Shown here one piece after another: positions 26,913-40,905 of a stretch of 64,000 nucleotides of DNA. The translations under genes and the position numbers were made by a program. Position 1 is the stretch's first letter. Each line of letters starts with the position of its first letter. Under the pieces are notes generated by a model. The model saw only the letters and a list, made by a program, of their open reading frames with translations. It was not told where the DNA came from and searched no databases. Source of the DNA: the human T2T-CHM13v2.0 reference genome, Homo sapiens; assembly GCF_009914755.1 (NCBI RefSeq), contig NC_060927.1; one strand, 5' to 3'.

Positions 26913-27934
26913 TTAAACTGGATCTCAAGGGTCAATAGGTGTTGATCAGATGTGGTCATAAAGCGGAGAAGGCAGAGCTGTGGGCAGAAAAGAGGGTCTG
27001 GGTGAAAACCAGAGGAAGGAAACGGTTTTGCATGCTAACAGAGCTCAGCAAACTCAGCTGGAATGCTCAGTGTTAAATAAGGTTAAAAACATAGGCAGCA
27101 GGCTGTGCAGCACCTTGTTAAAGATTTAGGATTTCTATGAACAATCAGAAACAGTTATAAGACACTGAGCAGGTAAGTGACATGATTAGATCTGCATTTA
27201 AAAAATGTTTTGGTAGGCCTAGACCTTGATCAAAGTTGACATTCTGCTGTGGATACAAAAAGCACGGCTAATACCTCGTTAAAGTGAGACGGTTGGTAGT
27301 CAATGGATGAGGCAGATATTTTGCTCATAGAAGATTGAGGGACCTGCTGAGGCTGGACTCACTCAGGTAAGTATAAGAATCTATTTTTTACACAAAGAGC
27401 AACACAGATTTTGGCAGTTTTTCTTCCTTTATTTTGATAATGGAGTCAATCAAACCAGCATTGTGAAGAGTTCTTCTGAATGCCTGCTTTGAAGGAGTGA
27501 GAATCAATATGAGTTATATTTCAGAGACTGGCAAATATGAGAGATTATAATATAGTAATCTATAATATAGTAATCATGTAATCATGATGCCTCCTTATTT
27601 CTTAATGTTTCTATGGTATTAATATGGCTTCATTTAAGTTTTGAGTTGTCCTAAAAAGGATATCTTATTATTTTTAATTATTGTCTTAATAGTCTTTGGG
27701 CAAATTCTGGGAGGAATTTGAGAAAATGTGGTTTGTGATTTTCTCAAGTTGTTAAGATCAGTGATTTGGAATAAGACTACAGAACATAGTATCAAAATTT
27801 CCCTCATTGCTAGTTAAAGCATTCTTCTAGGACTAGAATTCAACAACCATTTCCAGGTATTGATAGGACTACAACTAACTAAACAATAAACAAAAATATA
27901 TTTAGCTTTCTTTCAGAGCAGAAGTCATCCTTTT

Positions 27935-28175
27935 AACTCATTCATTCATTTATTCTTTCATTAATTCCACAAATATTTATTAAGCAGCCACTATAGCCTT
28001 CTAATTATTGGTGTTTACAATGTTAAAAAAGTCAGCCTCAATCCTTCCTCTCTGGACCTCAGAGTGAGTGAGAAAAAATGACATTAAACAAATGAACAAA
28101 ACATTGAATGACATTAAACAAATAAACAAAACATTAATACAAATTTTGATAAGTTGTATTTCCAAAAGAACGATG
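27935..28175 (-). mobile_element. L2 3' end containing a 30-bp tandem duplication (28077-28136)
   Basis: cattcattcatt...caaatatttattaagcagccacta; aatgacattaaacaaatgaacaaaacatt occurs twice in tandem with one internal mismatch. Confidence 0.7.
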
Positions 28176-28740
28176 TGCTACAAAAATGAATTTTTTTGAA
28201 ATGTAGACTGAGGGTTTCAGCACAGTTTTATGAGTTTTTCCTGCATGCATTTACAAAATTAAATATTTTGTAAGACAGATAAAATATTTTGAAATAATTT
28301 TAAAGCTGTAAAATAATTAGAAGCAGAACAAATCGTTTAAAAAAGCAACTGTGGAAAAATGCAAAATCCAGACAAACAAACAGACCACCCACAACCAACC
28401 AGGCAAAGTTCTCTATCTGAATTAAATGAGCAAAACTGGTTTGTAAAATAGAAAATACACAGGGAAAATATCCCAGGAGAGTGACTAGCCCTTAGGTAGA
28501 TATTTGATCTGTGGAATGGACGGGTAACCTTGGAACTTTGCAGAGAAAATAAAACGTTCTCTTCTTCACCTGCCTATAACTCTGAGAAAAGTCATGAAGT
28601 GTAATAAATTAGCTGCATTACTGACTTTTTAACAACAAAGATATGGGTCTTTTCTTCAGCCAGGGTCAGTTTTTTCTCTCTGTTACAAAAAGACAATGAG
28701 GGCTTGGATTTTGCTTTTTAATTTTGTTCTGCCTTTGAAT

Positions 28741-28745
<5 letters not shown>

Positions 28746-28772
<27 letters not shown>

Positions 28773-28773
28773 T
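28746..28773. repeat. Poly-T run (28 nt)
   Basis: Directly visible, followed by ccag. Confidence 0.95.
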
Positions 28774-29852
28774 CCAGTAAGGAACTAAGGGAGTACTCCC
28801 TTACTTTCCCATGACCTGGTGTCATGATCTTTGATGTTCTGCCCACTTTTACTGATTTGCCTTTAAAATATAGTGCAATTTCATATGCCAAGACATCTTG
28901 TTTATTCTTTCTAAAATCCTTTAGAAAGGGATTTCTAAAGTCTTTCCTTGAACTACTTACTCTGTAAACATATGGATACTGCTCCTTTTCCTTTGTCTTT
29001 TTAGTTTTAATTTGCAGAGTTCATTTTTTAAATCAGCTTATGTTAGTTTTCTTCTTTCTATTCCCATTGCTACTACCTACTCACCTTGGGTTACCAAGTG
29101 GGTTTTTGGCTGACCCCTCATCCTCTAGACCTAAATTCATATGCCAATTGCATCCCACACCACAACCAGGCAAATTACTTTAATCCAAGAGCACCAGTTT
29201 TCTTTAGCTTTTCCTCTGCTCCACATCTCTAAACGGTTCTCACTGACTCTCGGATCCATTCCACAGTTTTCCTGTCATTCCAGATCTGCTGAATTACTTT
29301 GCTCTTCTTCTTGTCAAACTTTACCTTCTATTGGTTTCTGAGGAAGCCTTTTCAGGCAGGCCATGCTAGACTCCTCACTGCCTAGGACGATCCTTTCCAA
29401 CAGCTGACCTGCCACAAATACCCATCTTTCTCAATCGTTGTAGCTCTATTATCTTTCTCCCTTCAATTCTTTGGGCTTCATTCATCCCTCTCTTCTCTCT
29501 GCTTCCGTGGCATAAGCAGCTTAGTCTCTACTTTGGTATGCATAATACCAATCCTACTTGTTATGGTTATGTATATTAACTGCTTAATATGGTAGATGAC
29601 TCACCACCCAAATTAAAAAATATCTGGTTTTCCAATTTTATTAAGACAACAGACTGCTCTGCATACGTAATCAAAAGTCATCAATAAATATAGAAATGAA
29701 TTCACTGTGTGCTCTTCTCAGGATATGCATTTCTAGGAATACAGAGCAGGTAGAAAGAGTGGCTGGTGGTATGGAATGTGGGTAATAAATTGTATTAACC
29801 ATGTGCTTGCACAGGCTTCCTTTCAAGTCCCAAATACATGAGGTGAGGCCTT

Positions 29853-30084
<232 letters not shown>

Positions 30085-30324
30085 TTACCTCAATACCAGT
30101 GGCAAGAAAGTCTCCTGGATTTTCTAGAGAAGTATTCCTTGTTCTGAGACTATAATGCATGAAAGCTGCAATTTATTTTAAATTGAATAGCTATTTCTAC
30201 ATTTCCCATATTATTTGCATTCTTCTGGTTCCTGCTCAGCATGAGGTAAGTGAAAGCGTTGGTGCTCATAAGCATTAGATAAACATGAAAATAGTGTTGA
30301 AATGCTACTTTTTGAATTAAAATG

Positions 30325-30650
30325 CAGTAATCCCCCCTTATCCACAAGGGATATGTTTCAAAACGCTCAGTGACTCTCTATAACTGTGGATAGTACAGAA
30401 CCTTAAGTAAACTACTTCTCTATGCATATGTACCTATGATAAAGTTTAATTTATAAATTAGGCACAGTACTTTATTAACAAAAATAATAATAAAACAGAG
30501 CAATTAAAACAATATACTGAAATAACAGTTATGTAAATCTAGTCTTTGTCTGAAAATATCCTACTCTACTGTAAGATATTTACCTATTTTCGGACCATGG
30601 TTGACCAGAGGTAACCGGAGAGTAAAACTGTGAGTGAGGGAAGACTGCTG
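30325..30650. mobile_element. MER44/Tigger7-derived MITE (TcMar-Tigger)
   Basis: Terminal inverted repeats cagtaatccccccttatccac ... gagggaagactgctg followed by TA; internal tacctatgataaagtttaatttataaattaggcacagta. Confidence 0.85.
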
Positions 30651-32302
30651 TACATACGATATTGCAGAAGGATAACTATTCACTTTATATAGATAATAGG
30701 CTTTGGAACCTGTAACTTTTTCAGGCTCAGCTTAATGTTGTTCATTTGTAAAGATAAGAAATAAAAGGAAATTGTTTGTAGTTTAACTTTGCCTTTTGAT
30801 ACTTCATCTATCTTGAATTGAATTACAGGTGCACAACCATTATCACAAATAGAGATTTGGGTGCAATCTTAAACCAATCCCTGATTACCCTCACACCCAC
30901 TCATCTTTTATAACAGTGTAGTCAGGACCATAGATTTAATTATATTCTAAAATTTTTCCCCAAATATGGAACAAATGACATTTCTCGACTGATTTATGTA
31001 TTGGTAATTTCACCATTTACAAACCTTTTTAAGAGGTGAGGCATATCCCTGAGATGAAACATATCTAAGAGAAATACTAATTTCTGTTCTAGTATTTGCT
31101 AGCTTCTTGCATCTGAGCTTTGAAAAAAGCCATCTTTACTGGAGAAGTCAGTTCTCTCAGAGAATATGCAACATGCTCAAACAGAAGTAAGTTATTAAAA
31201 ACATTCTTTGTGGTAATATCACCATAATTAGGAGCAATTTTCTGACAGGAATAAGAGATGAGTTTATTCCTATGTTATTTAATTATGCTAGAATTCTTTA
31301 TGTTTTTGACTTTGTATGAAAATAAGCTTTAAGAAATACTCGTTATTCTTTTTTAATACAAATAAAACAATTGCTTCAGTAGATAGTGTTTTTCCTTAAA
31401 ATATACCACAATTTTATCTGCTTTAAGTAACAAGAAATTGGGATTTTAGTGAATATATTTGGCTCTTCTGTTTTAGTATCAATCTGTACTATTTACTAAA
31501 GCAATTTATAGTCTACAATTCATATTTGGATTTATTTTTTGGAAGAACATGTTTACAGAGACCACAGATCAGACATATATAACTTTTTCCCTGATTCCAA
31601 GTTGATCTGCATCTATATGAGAAAAATCTACATAGTCCCTTAGCGATATTTTACTATAATTCATACAATCTTGTTATTTAGGAAAGTAATTAAATAAATA
31701 ATTCATTTACCTATTTTTACCCTTCCTTGTGCTAGAAAGTATTTGTGAGAGCATATACAATAACATTATGTTGAGATATACATAATAAATCAGGTTTAGG
31801 GAAAACAGAAGACTTGAAAAGGCAAATAAGTCTCAAAATATTTTCCAAGTTGATGAATTGAAACTCTGCCAGGTTTTATTCATTTTTTAATATCAGAAGG
31901 TTGTGAAACATGACAAGTCTTCAGAGAAATCAAAGTTATTCTAGGCACTAAGCTCTGCAAAAGAAATTTCTCCTGTGGGACTTTATATGTTGGGGACAGT
32001 TAACAAAAACAGAATTCTATGATAAAAATGCTTTTAAATAGAAATAAGCCAAAACTGTGTAGTTTAATTTTATTTACGATCCGTACTTCCATGTACTCTG
32101 TTTAGCTGTAACCATCTACTCCATGCATTAGCTTTTCTCTACCTATTCAGAGTCAGCATCCAAGTGGAACTGCTCGGGGATTCCAATGGCCAAAAGACCT
32201 AGCAGGGGTGATTAATAAGTAATAATGATTTCTGTGTATGTGGGTATTCCATAGGTAAATGTTCTAATTGAATATTGTTTTGCATGAGAAAACTACTGAT
32301 TA

Positions 32303-32525
32303 TAGGTTGAACATTTCTAATCCAAAAATCTAATATCTGAAATGCTCGAAAATCTGAGTGTTTAAAATTACCTTCTGGCTATGTGTATAAGGTGTATATG
32401 ATACAAATTTTGTCTTTAGAATTAGATCCTTATTATGTATATGCAAATATTCCAAAATCCAAAGAAATCTGACATTTAAAACAATTCTGATCCCCAAGCA
32501 TTCTGGCTAACTGTTACTCAAGCTA
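32303..32525. mobile_element. Tigger4a/MER46-like MITE
   Basis: taggttgaacatttctaatccaaaaatc...aatgctc; ends cccaagcattctggctaactgttactcaagcta. Confidence 0.8.
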
Positions 32526-33113
32526 TATTTCACTTTTCTGATCCGTTAATATAGGAAATCTGAATCAATGGGTTTGAATAAAAAAGAGCTTCTCTGTGGC
32601 TTGCCAAGTTCATCAGCTATCTTTAAGAAGGAGAGATAATTGACTTATTTTTCTTTTTTAAAATGATACCATATAATTAAGAAAGCCAAATTTTTGTTTT
32701 CTCTTATTCTCTTAAAAAAGATCTACTTGCTATATTGTCCCTTTTTTTCTTTTTTTGTACAATGCTTCTGTTACAGTCTTTATATAATAGTTTTTAAAAA
32801 CCTGCTATTTTTTGGAAATAGAATTAAAATTGAGTAACTTCAATTTAATACCATGTCAGTTAATTCTCTAAGACTGTTCTATATGACTCAAGTGGCATAC
32901 AGTAGATGTCAGTGGAAATTCCTAGTTGCATCAAGATCAACAAATCCCAATTAAAGATATTCTCATATAATTTTTAAGTGTACCTATATATACAACTTCT
33001 ATAGATTAAAAATTGGTCTATTAGTCTAAACTTGAATCTGTCATAAGTTGTGAGTCTGTTCTTTTAAATGTTTCTTATATAAATCTCTCTATCCACCACC
33101 TACTACTTTTGGA

Positions 33114-33580
33114 TCGGTGCTGTCTAACAGAAATATACTGCAATACACATACATAATTTGAAATTTTACAGTAACCATGTTAGAGAAAAGTAAGAAAAAA
33201 TAGATAAAATTAGTTTTAAATCTTTATTTCGTTCAAACTAATATATCCAAAATATTATCATTTCTAAATGAAGTCAACATAAATTTATTACCAGGGTACC
33301 CTGAATTTTTTATTCTTTGAAATATGCTATGTACTTTATATTGTACTTACAAAACATCTCAATTCACATGCTAAATCTTCAACAGCACGTGTAGTAGTCC
33401 CACTAAACAATACAGTTGTGCATAACAGAAAACACTGTTTGGCGCTGCTTCATTTAAAAAAAATTAAATCAACTAAAATTAAATAAAGTAAAAAAATGCA
33501 GTAACACAGTAACATGAGCCACATTTCAAGTACTCAATAGTCACATGTGGCTATTGGTTACCAGGTCAGACAACACACAG
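33114..33580. mobile_element. MER33/Charlie1-derived hAT element
   Basis: gtgctgtctaacagaaatata...atatatccaaaatattatcattt...gccacatttcaagtactcaatagtcacatgtggcta. Confidence 0.8.
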
Positions 33581-35954
33581 TTCTACATTGTTGTAACTAA
33601 AGTTTTTAATTATACACACCTGTTGGGAGAAATATTTGCAACAAGAACCCTCAATTCATGGAAGTATTTATAAATTATATACATGTACATGATATGAATA
33701 TATTATGTATGCTATAAAATAATAGAAATTTTGAAGATTAATGAGTATTTTAAAATAATGTTATTTTCTTGTTAATTTAAAAAAAAAAACAAATCTTTTT
33801 TAATGCTCTGTGTTAGGAAAACACTTCGTTATTTTTAAGATATTCCTTTTACATTTTGTTTTCCAGAGGTTTGGAAGAATGTTTCTAAGATCAGTTTAAT
33901 GTTTGGTTTTAATGGCTGTTACAGCTGAAAGAGATGATTCACAAAGACACAAAAGTACAATAACACATTTAAGGAGCAGTTCATTGTTAATCACAGTATA
34001 TTTAAATCCACATAATAGTCTTATGGATAATTCTGAGAGCTGAATACTTGTAAAATAGGATTAAATTGTCATGGTTTCTACCTTGTAATGTGGTTGGCTA
34101 AAAGCTCATTCTTACAGCCAAAAGGAAAAAAATGTCAGCTTTGCCATTTTATGTGACTCATTGGTACTTGTACAATCTTCAATCTGTGGTTTATTTGCAA
34201 AAATCCTTTGAACCACTTGCTCCATGCAAATGCTAGTTTTATTAAAATTGAATAACATAGACACTAAATTCACTTAACTAGGTGCATGTAATCAATTATG
34301 CCCTTGTTTATTGTTGTTTTTAAAAAATTAAATAAAGCAATGTGCTTTAAAACAACAAAAGTAAACAAAGGTGTAAGGGGCTGCTAGACATCTCCCTGCC
34401 CTCAGGGGACCGCATGTGCTGTGTATGACATGTGTGTATTGACATGTGCACTTATATGACATGTTTGACTTACATAACCAGGAAAGGGTATGTATATTTT
34501 AAAAGTTAGATTTCTTTTTTCTTTTATAAAAGATGCATATAAATACAGGTTTTGCTATTTTTCTCCAACACTCATATGATCGTGCTGTGTCTCCCTTGAC
34601 TAAGCACTTAACCATTGTGAATATTACTAATCTAAGTTAAAATGCTCCGTATCTATAGGAATATGATTTAGTGACGTTGTGTACTGATTTATGGTTTGAA
34701 GATTTTCCTCTTATTAACCGTATGTAGCCATTTCAATATATCTAATGGAAGTAACTAGAAATATCTTTCATTGACTAGCGTTGAACACCATGATTTTCCT
34801 AAAGCAGATTAGAAACATGTAGGTTCTTTCAGTTTTGTGAGTATATAAAAATGATATCCAACAATCTGGCAGCCCTAAAGTGGGCCCAAATAGCCACTTA
34901 GACCTTCACAAATTGTGCCCAAGAGAAAATCACAGAAAACTGTGCCAGCCAAAGAACAAGTGACAAAAATGAAATTAAGATTTCTATTTTAAAAATATTT
35001 CTTATTTTCATTCACTTTATAAGAATTCAGGTTATGCTTTTTTAAATTTTTGGCTATGACACTCTGCTGAAAGGGATTGAGAAAGCTTTTGAGCAAAAAT
35101 TATTTTTGAAATGTTGAGAGCATGATTAATTTTCATTTATTTTTAAAAGTAAATTTAAAGTTGGACCATTTATTTTCAAGTGGCATGGCAATAATGACCA
35201 ATTGGAAATACCTTTTTGCATATTTAATAATTCTTAGTGGAAAAAAATGATAAGAGAATATGCCATTTTGTTCAATTTCAACATTGATTTTGATTTTTAT
35301 ATCATTTGCTCAGCCTTTGTAGTGATTAATATTAGTAAGATGTATTCTGTTAGTTAAGGTTTTTCGTTTTATTCTATTTTTCCCACAGTATATAATTATT
35401 ATTAGAAAATAATGGATGCTTACATTGTGTTCTCCAAAGCTCACATAGTTCCCAACGAAATTAGTGGAAGCTTACCTCTATTTAACCTGATCTTTATTTA
35501 CATGGTAGTTGATAAGCTGTTTTCCACTAATGAGAATTACATCTGAAAGGATTAGATCTAAGAAATGGTAAAATTAAAATAACTATATTCATCATTTTGA
35601 TCTTTTATATCAGATCCTAACATGCTGGAGTTTTCTCAGGTGAAAAATCAGGCATCTTTTGCTACAAGATATGTTCTCTCTAGATCACTAAGATAGCCTA
35701 ATCCTTAACTGTGATTTTGGTTTTTTTAAATAAGTCTTGTGGTAGAGCAAAGTAGAGTTCATTCTGAGTCATGGCTCAGATGGAAACAAGCAAGGTTACA
35801 CCCAAGACTCAATTAAAATCGTGGCTCATATTCTAGTTTATACCTGCACCTATGAGACATACTAACACAAAAAACTAACAAATGTAGTTTTTTTTAACAA
35901 CTAAAAGTGCATTAGCTGTGTGTGTGTGTCTGTATGTGTAGGAGGATGTTTCTC

Positions 35955-36342
35955 TGTCAGCCATGATAGGCAACATTCTGCTGCAGGAATAGCAAACTCA
36001 AAATATTAGTGGCTTAAAATGACAAAAACTACTTCTGGCACACTCAGTTTCCTCTGGAAATATAGAAAACTCTTGATCAACTGTCCTCCATGTGACATTT
36101 CTGTAACTCAGACTGCCTTGATCTTAATCTTGTATCTCTGCCATCTCAATACCTGACCTCCTCATTTCCTGAGGTAGAGAAAGAGTAGTCACAGGGTTCC
36201 ACATTGCCCTTTCATTGCCTCAACCCAAAGGAACCCATAACATTGGCTAGAATGAGAGATACAGCTACACTTAACTGCAACAGGACTGGGAAATAGAAGG
36301 AAACACATAGATCGTGTCATGAGTGTTACTGCCTCAGCCATG
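35955..36342 (-). mobile_element. Old MLT1-type (MaLR) solo LTR
   Basis: tgtcag...gctgcaggaatagcaaac...tagtggcttaaaa; cattggctagaa...taactgcaacaggactgggaaat. Confidence 0.65.
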
Positions 36343-36494
36343 ATTCCTTACTCATTTGATCATAAGCAGAATACTTAAATTTTCATGTCTGATTTCTCAG
36401 AGATTTATCCTGAAGTTCCTTATAAATAGTTTTTCTTCAAATGCTGGTTTGCAGTGTTCTGAAACTACGGGCTTCTGCCGAGGGTGTTAATGAT

Positions 36495-37400
36495 GATTCA
36501 TTCGGTTGAAAAACAACTAGGTAATTTATCATAGGCTAGATATTGGGGATACAAAGAGGAGTGAGATGCAGTGCTTCTGACCTGAAGGAGCTTACTGATT
36601 AGTTTTCAAAAAAGATGTGTAAACGTTTATATTATACTGGTAAATGCATTCTCCCATCTATTGAACAAGTGTTTATTCATTGCCTATGAGGTGCCAGGTC
36701 TTTTAATGGGGGCTTGACTTAGCAGAAAAAGGTCTCTGGTTTGCAGTGATTATATTTTAGATGGGGGTTGGAGGAGGTATATAGGAAACAAATAAACAAA
36801 ACAGAAACATATTTCATCAGCAAGTAATATGTACTGTGAAGAAAATAAAACATTGTGATCTCCAGAGAGGAAGCTGGAAAGTCTACCTCTGATTAGGTGA
36901 TTAGGAAAGAATGCTCTAAAATGGGACCACTAATGCAACTACCTGAGCAGCCATGCATTCCAAGATCTGATCTGGGGACAGAACGTTCTAGGAGTAAAGG
37001 TCAGAAAAAAACAAGTTTCTTCTCTTGTAATTAGTTAGACTTTAGAAGACAGGCCAGTGGCACTGGAGCATAGTATATCAGGAACAGAGAGGTAAGGGAT
37101 GAATTTGAAGAAGTAGGGAAAATCCAGATTATGTAGAGTCTGTAGGTTGAGGTAAAGATTCTAGTGAAGAGATATAAATAAACATAGGATATTTAAGGGA
37201 ACAAAATTGCTTCTGTTATCTTAAGGCTGGGCAGGAGATCAGAGAAAACTGTTCTCTTCGGAGAGAGGATGCCTGAGCTGGATTTTAAATGAGGATGAGT
37301 CAGTTGGCCAAGAAGTGTGGAGGGTCAGTACATGCAGAAAATATTTAGCAGCACATCAATAGCACAGCTGAAAATAAGAAAGCAATGATCAGCATATATT
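36495..37400 (-). mobile_element. Nested L2 fragments
   Basis: Two reverse L2 tails (about 36497 and 36647) followed by purine-rich L2 body. Confidence 0.6.
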
Positions 37401-37514
37401 TGACTGTGCCAAGAACTTGGAAGCATGGAAAACAGAGACAACACCTTAAGACCCTCATCTTAATGAGGGATCATATATATTTATGATATGTGTGTGTGTG
37501 TGTGTGTGTGTGAA

Positions 37515-37917
37515 TGAGATAAATAACATTTATTATGGAAATTGGCTAATGCAAGTATGGAGGCTGAGAAGTCCCACCATTTTCCATCTGCAAGCTGGAG
37601 AACCAGACAGAGAAGCTGATGATGTAGTTCAGTGTGAGTCTTACGGCCAAGAATTAAGAGCACTGATGTCCATGAGCAGCAAATAGATGTTCCTGCTCAA
37701 ATAGCCTTTCTCTGCCTTTTTACTCTATCTGAACTCTCAAAGGACTGGATGACACCTGCCCACATTGGTGAGGGCAGATCTTCCTTACTCAGTATACTGA
37801 TTTCAATGCTCATCTCTTCCAAAAACACCCTCACAGACAACACCTGGAAATAATGTTTGACCAGCTATCTGGGCATCCCTTAGCCCAGTCACATTGACAC
37901 ATGAAATTAACCATTAC
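37515..37917 (-). mobile_element. MLT2 (ERVL) LTR, preceded by (TG)n at 37488-37512
   Basis: tattatggaaattggct...gaggctgagaagtccca...ctgcaagctggaga...aacaccctcacagaca...ttgacacatgaaattaacca. Confidence 0.85.
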
Positions 37918-38289
37918 TCCATATTAATATTCTGCTGGCTTAAAGAAAACTAAAGGATATTTTATAATTTTCATAATTTGGGGTTTGCTAAAATTATTTA
38001 TTTTATTCCTGTGATTTAAACTTGATAATATATGTATATAATAGCATAATTTGAGTTGCTGTCACATCATGTGGACACTTGATTTAAACATTTATCAAAT
38101 TTGACCATGCAGATTTCTTTCTATATTGTGAATCCATTAATGTTTTTTCATGACTTAAACATTTTTGTGGATTGTTACAAACTAGGAGGTCTAAAACACT
38201 GGGAAGTATATATCCAGGAACACGGGTCCCCTTCCAAATGATAAAGGCAGATAAGTGGGAGCTGTCCCAGGATATAAGAGTTTTTCTGT

Positions 38290-39200
38290 GTTCATCCAAC
38301 AGATATTCACAGAATATCCTTCTATGCTAGATACTGATCTAGGTATTGGACACAGAGCAGCAAACACAAGATACAATCTCTTTTACCTTTTTTACCTCAT
38401 ATTCCAGTGAGACGATGCAGGTAATAAATAAGTAAATAAAATACAAAGTATGTTTGATAGTGATAGATGCTGAGGAGAAAAATAAATCATGGAAGGTGGC
38501 TGGGAAATTTGGAAAAGTGGTGGTAAATTATAGTAGGGTAGCCAGAGAAGGCTTTTGAGTAAAGACGTGATTGATGTGAGAAAATATATCATGTTGATAT
38601 CTGAGGGAAAAGTGTTTCAGGCAGGGGGAAAAGTAAGAGCAAAGAAATTAAACAGAGATAGGAACTAGGTTGGTTGTGAAACAGAAACTTGGCCTGTAAA
38701 TGAGATCAGATAGACCATGAGAGTAGGGTAATGGCAAATGTTGTAGAGATGGCATTGGGAGGAATTTGTTGCTTTTTGGGGGGGATTAATTTGGAAAGGC
38801 ACTGAAGAACTTTAAGCAATAATGCCATGACCTCAGTGACTTCCTAGCAGTAGTCCCTTGGCTTTCTGTATTGAGAACAGTTTGGAGAAGAGCAAGAATG
38901 CAAGCAGGGAGACCAGATGGAAGGCTACTGCAATAATCCAGGCACAATATGATGGAGGCTTGGACCAGGATGGTGAGCGTGGAAGCAGTGAGAAGTAGTT
39001 TTATGTTCTCAGTCACTGCAAGAGGGAGCTTTCATATTCTGAGCGGGAGAAGATGGCATGAGGAACAACTTTTTGGCAAGACAGCATCCAGTTAGGGTAG
39101 ATTAAATTTGAAATGCCTATTAAGTATCAAACTGGAGTTATCTATTTGATAATTAGATACACAAGTTTAGAGGTTAGAGGAGAGGTCAGGCTAGAGAGAA
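38290..39200 (-). mobile_element. L2a-like LINE fragment
   Basis: ttcatccaacagatattcac tail; gaagcagggagaccag...aggctactgcaataatccaggc...gatggaggcttggaccagg. Confidence 0.8.
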
Positions 39201-39240
39201 AAATCCAAAATCCAAATATGCATGACTTTCAGGTTTGATT

Positions 39241-39396
39241 TTTTTCCTTTAAAATATTTAATTGATAAATAAAAATTCTATACAATGTGTACAATGTGAT
39301 GATTTGACATGCATATACATTGTGTACTGATTACCATAGTCTAATTAACTCATCTATCACCTTTCATAATTAAAATTTCATGTGTGGAGTGTGTGC

Positions 39397-39430
<34 letters not shown>

Positions 39431-39572
39431 TAAGATCACTTAAAGAAACTGCTCTTATCAAATTTCAAGTAAACAATACAGTATTATTAATTATAGTCAC
39501 TATACTATACATTAGATCCCAAGAACTTAATTCATTTTATAACTGAAAGTTTGTACCATTTGACCAACATCT
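39241..39572 (-). mobile_element. L1MA-type 3' UTR fragment with internal (TG)n
   Basis: tacaatgtgatgatttga...caaatttcaagtaaacaatacagtattattaa...ataactgaaagtttgtacc. Confidence 0.85.
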
Positions 39573-40905
39573 GTGCTCTGGTAGAATTTACCTGATTTGT
39601 TCTCTCAAATTCCTTTCATTCACATTTTTGCTGATTCTTCTGCCCCCTTGCCTTCCAAAAGTTGATATTCAGCCCATCTTAATATGTGGCCTTGAGCATA
39701 GCCATGTCTAAAAGGTTTTGAGTAATCATCTGTGATGTTTCCTTCTTACCTACAGTAAATAGCTAATTGATCCAAACGTGCCCTGTTGAGTGGTCATAAT
39801 ATTTGCCCGGTGACTTTGGGTAGGTTATAGAATTACAGTGGGTAGTGTGGGTGTGGGGGGGGGGAGAGAATAAAAAGAAGTCTTTGTGTCCAACTGATTT
39901 ATCAATATGTTTTCATCCATTTAAATTATGTTTAGTTGAACTTATCTGAGCATGTGAAGAGATATCTTTTTAATATAGCAAGCTATGCACACATCCCAGT
40001 ATGTATTCATCGAGATTTATAATTCTGTAATTTCATAGGTCAGTTAATAGTATTCCCATTCAACCCCCAGGCTGTCATAACTTATGACATTCAAGTGTAT
40101 GTTTCGATACGGTCTTAGCCAAGGGAAGTCATGTAGCCAGTGAAGCAGAGAGAGGAAAGAAGATTGCCATAGTTGAATCTGTATCATCAAAATGATAAAA
40201 TGGGTCTATAATAAACAATAGGTTAGTGGCTTGATATGCCTAACAGCATCCACTGCAGTGCACAACAGGCAAGTTATTTATGAAATGGGCCTTTTGAAAA
40301 TATATAGCTTTTATAATCTGAATCTCATTTCTATGTCCTTTCCAACAAAATAGATTGGCATTATCCATCTATTTGGGACACATGGTTGCTTTATTATTTT
40401 TTAAAATATGACACCTTATAGTCAGGAAATATTGAGGAAATCCAATCCATACAATAAATGAAACTCATAAATATATTTTTAAAAAATCTCTCTTGTGGCA
40501 TTTGAATTTTTATAATTCAGGAAAAAATAAAAAATCTTCTAGAATTCAAAATAATATAAGCTAGTGTTATTCATATATTACGTACATTGCACCCATAAAT
40601 AATACTAATGATGAATTAACTGTCATATGTACTAGCCGGAAAGGTTAGTCAGTCAGAAAATGTTCTGGAGGAATCATGTGAATAACTAGTCCATGTTTAC
40701 CTTGTACTTCTAATATAGATTTTTATTTACTCTTAGTTCCACATGAGATTGAAGTTCAGGATTTTCAAGGAGACTAACACAGAGTAACATCAATGAAGAA
40801 TACACTTGACTTCTAGCCTTCTTCAAAAATAGGGAGATCGCTTCAGATTTCATCTAGTTATAGCTCTCAATTTGGTCAACCCAATATCCCCCTTTAAAAA
40901 TAATA

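Noticed and set aside
28746-28790. T28-CCAG as the acceptor of a cryptic exon
   Set aside because: No good donor seen within exon distance downstream.
34425-34470. Three TGACATGT units as a p53 response element
   Set aside because: Half-sites deviate from RRRCWWGYYY and spacing is irregular; more likely a decayed short tandem duplication.
40073-40089. Short palindromes (tgtcataa-c-ttatgaca; also near 41437, 48025 and 48053)
   Set aside because: 8-bp stems are expected by chance in 64 kb of AT-rich DNA.
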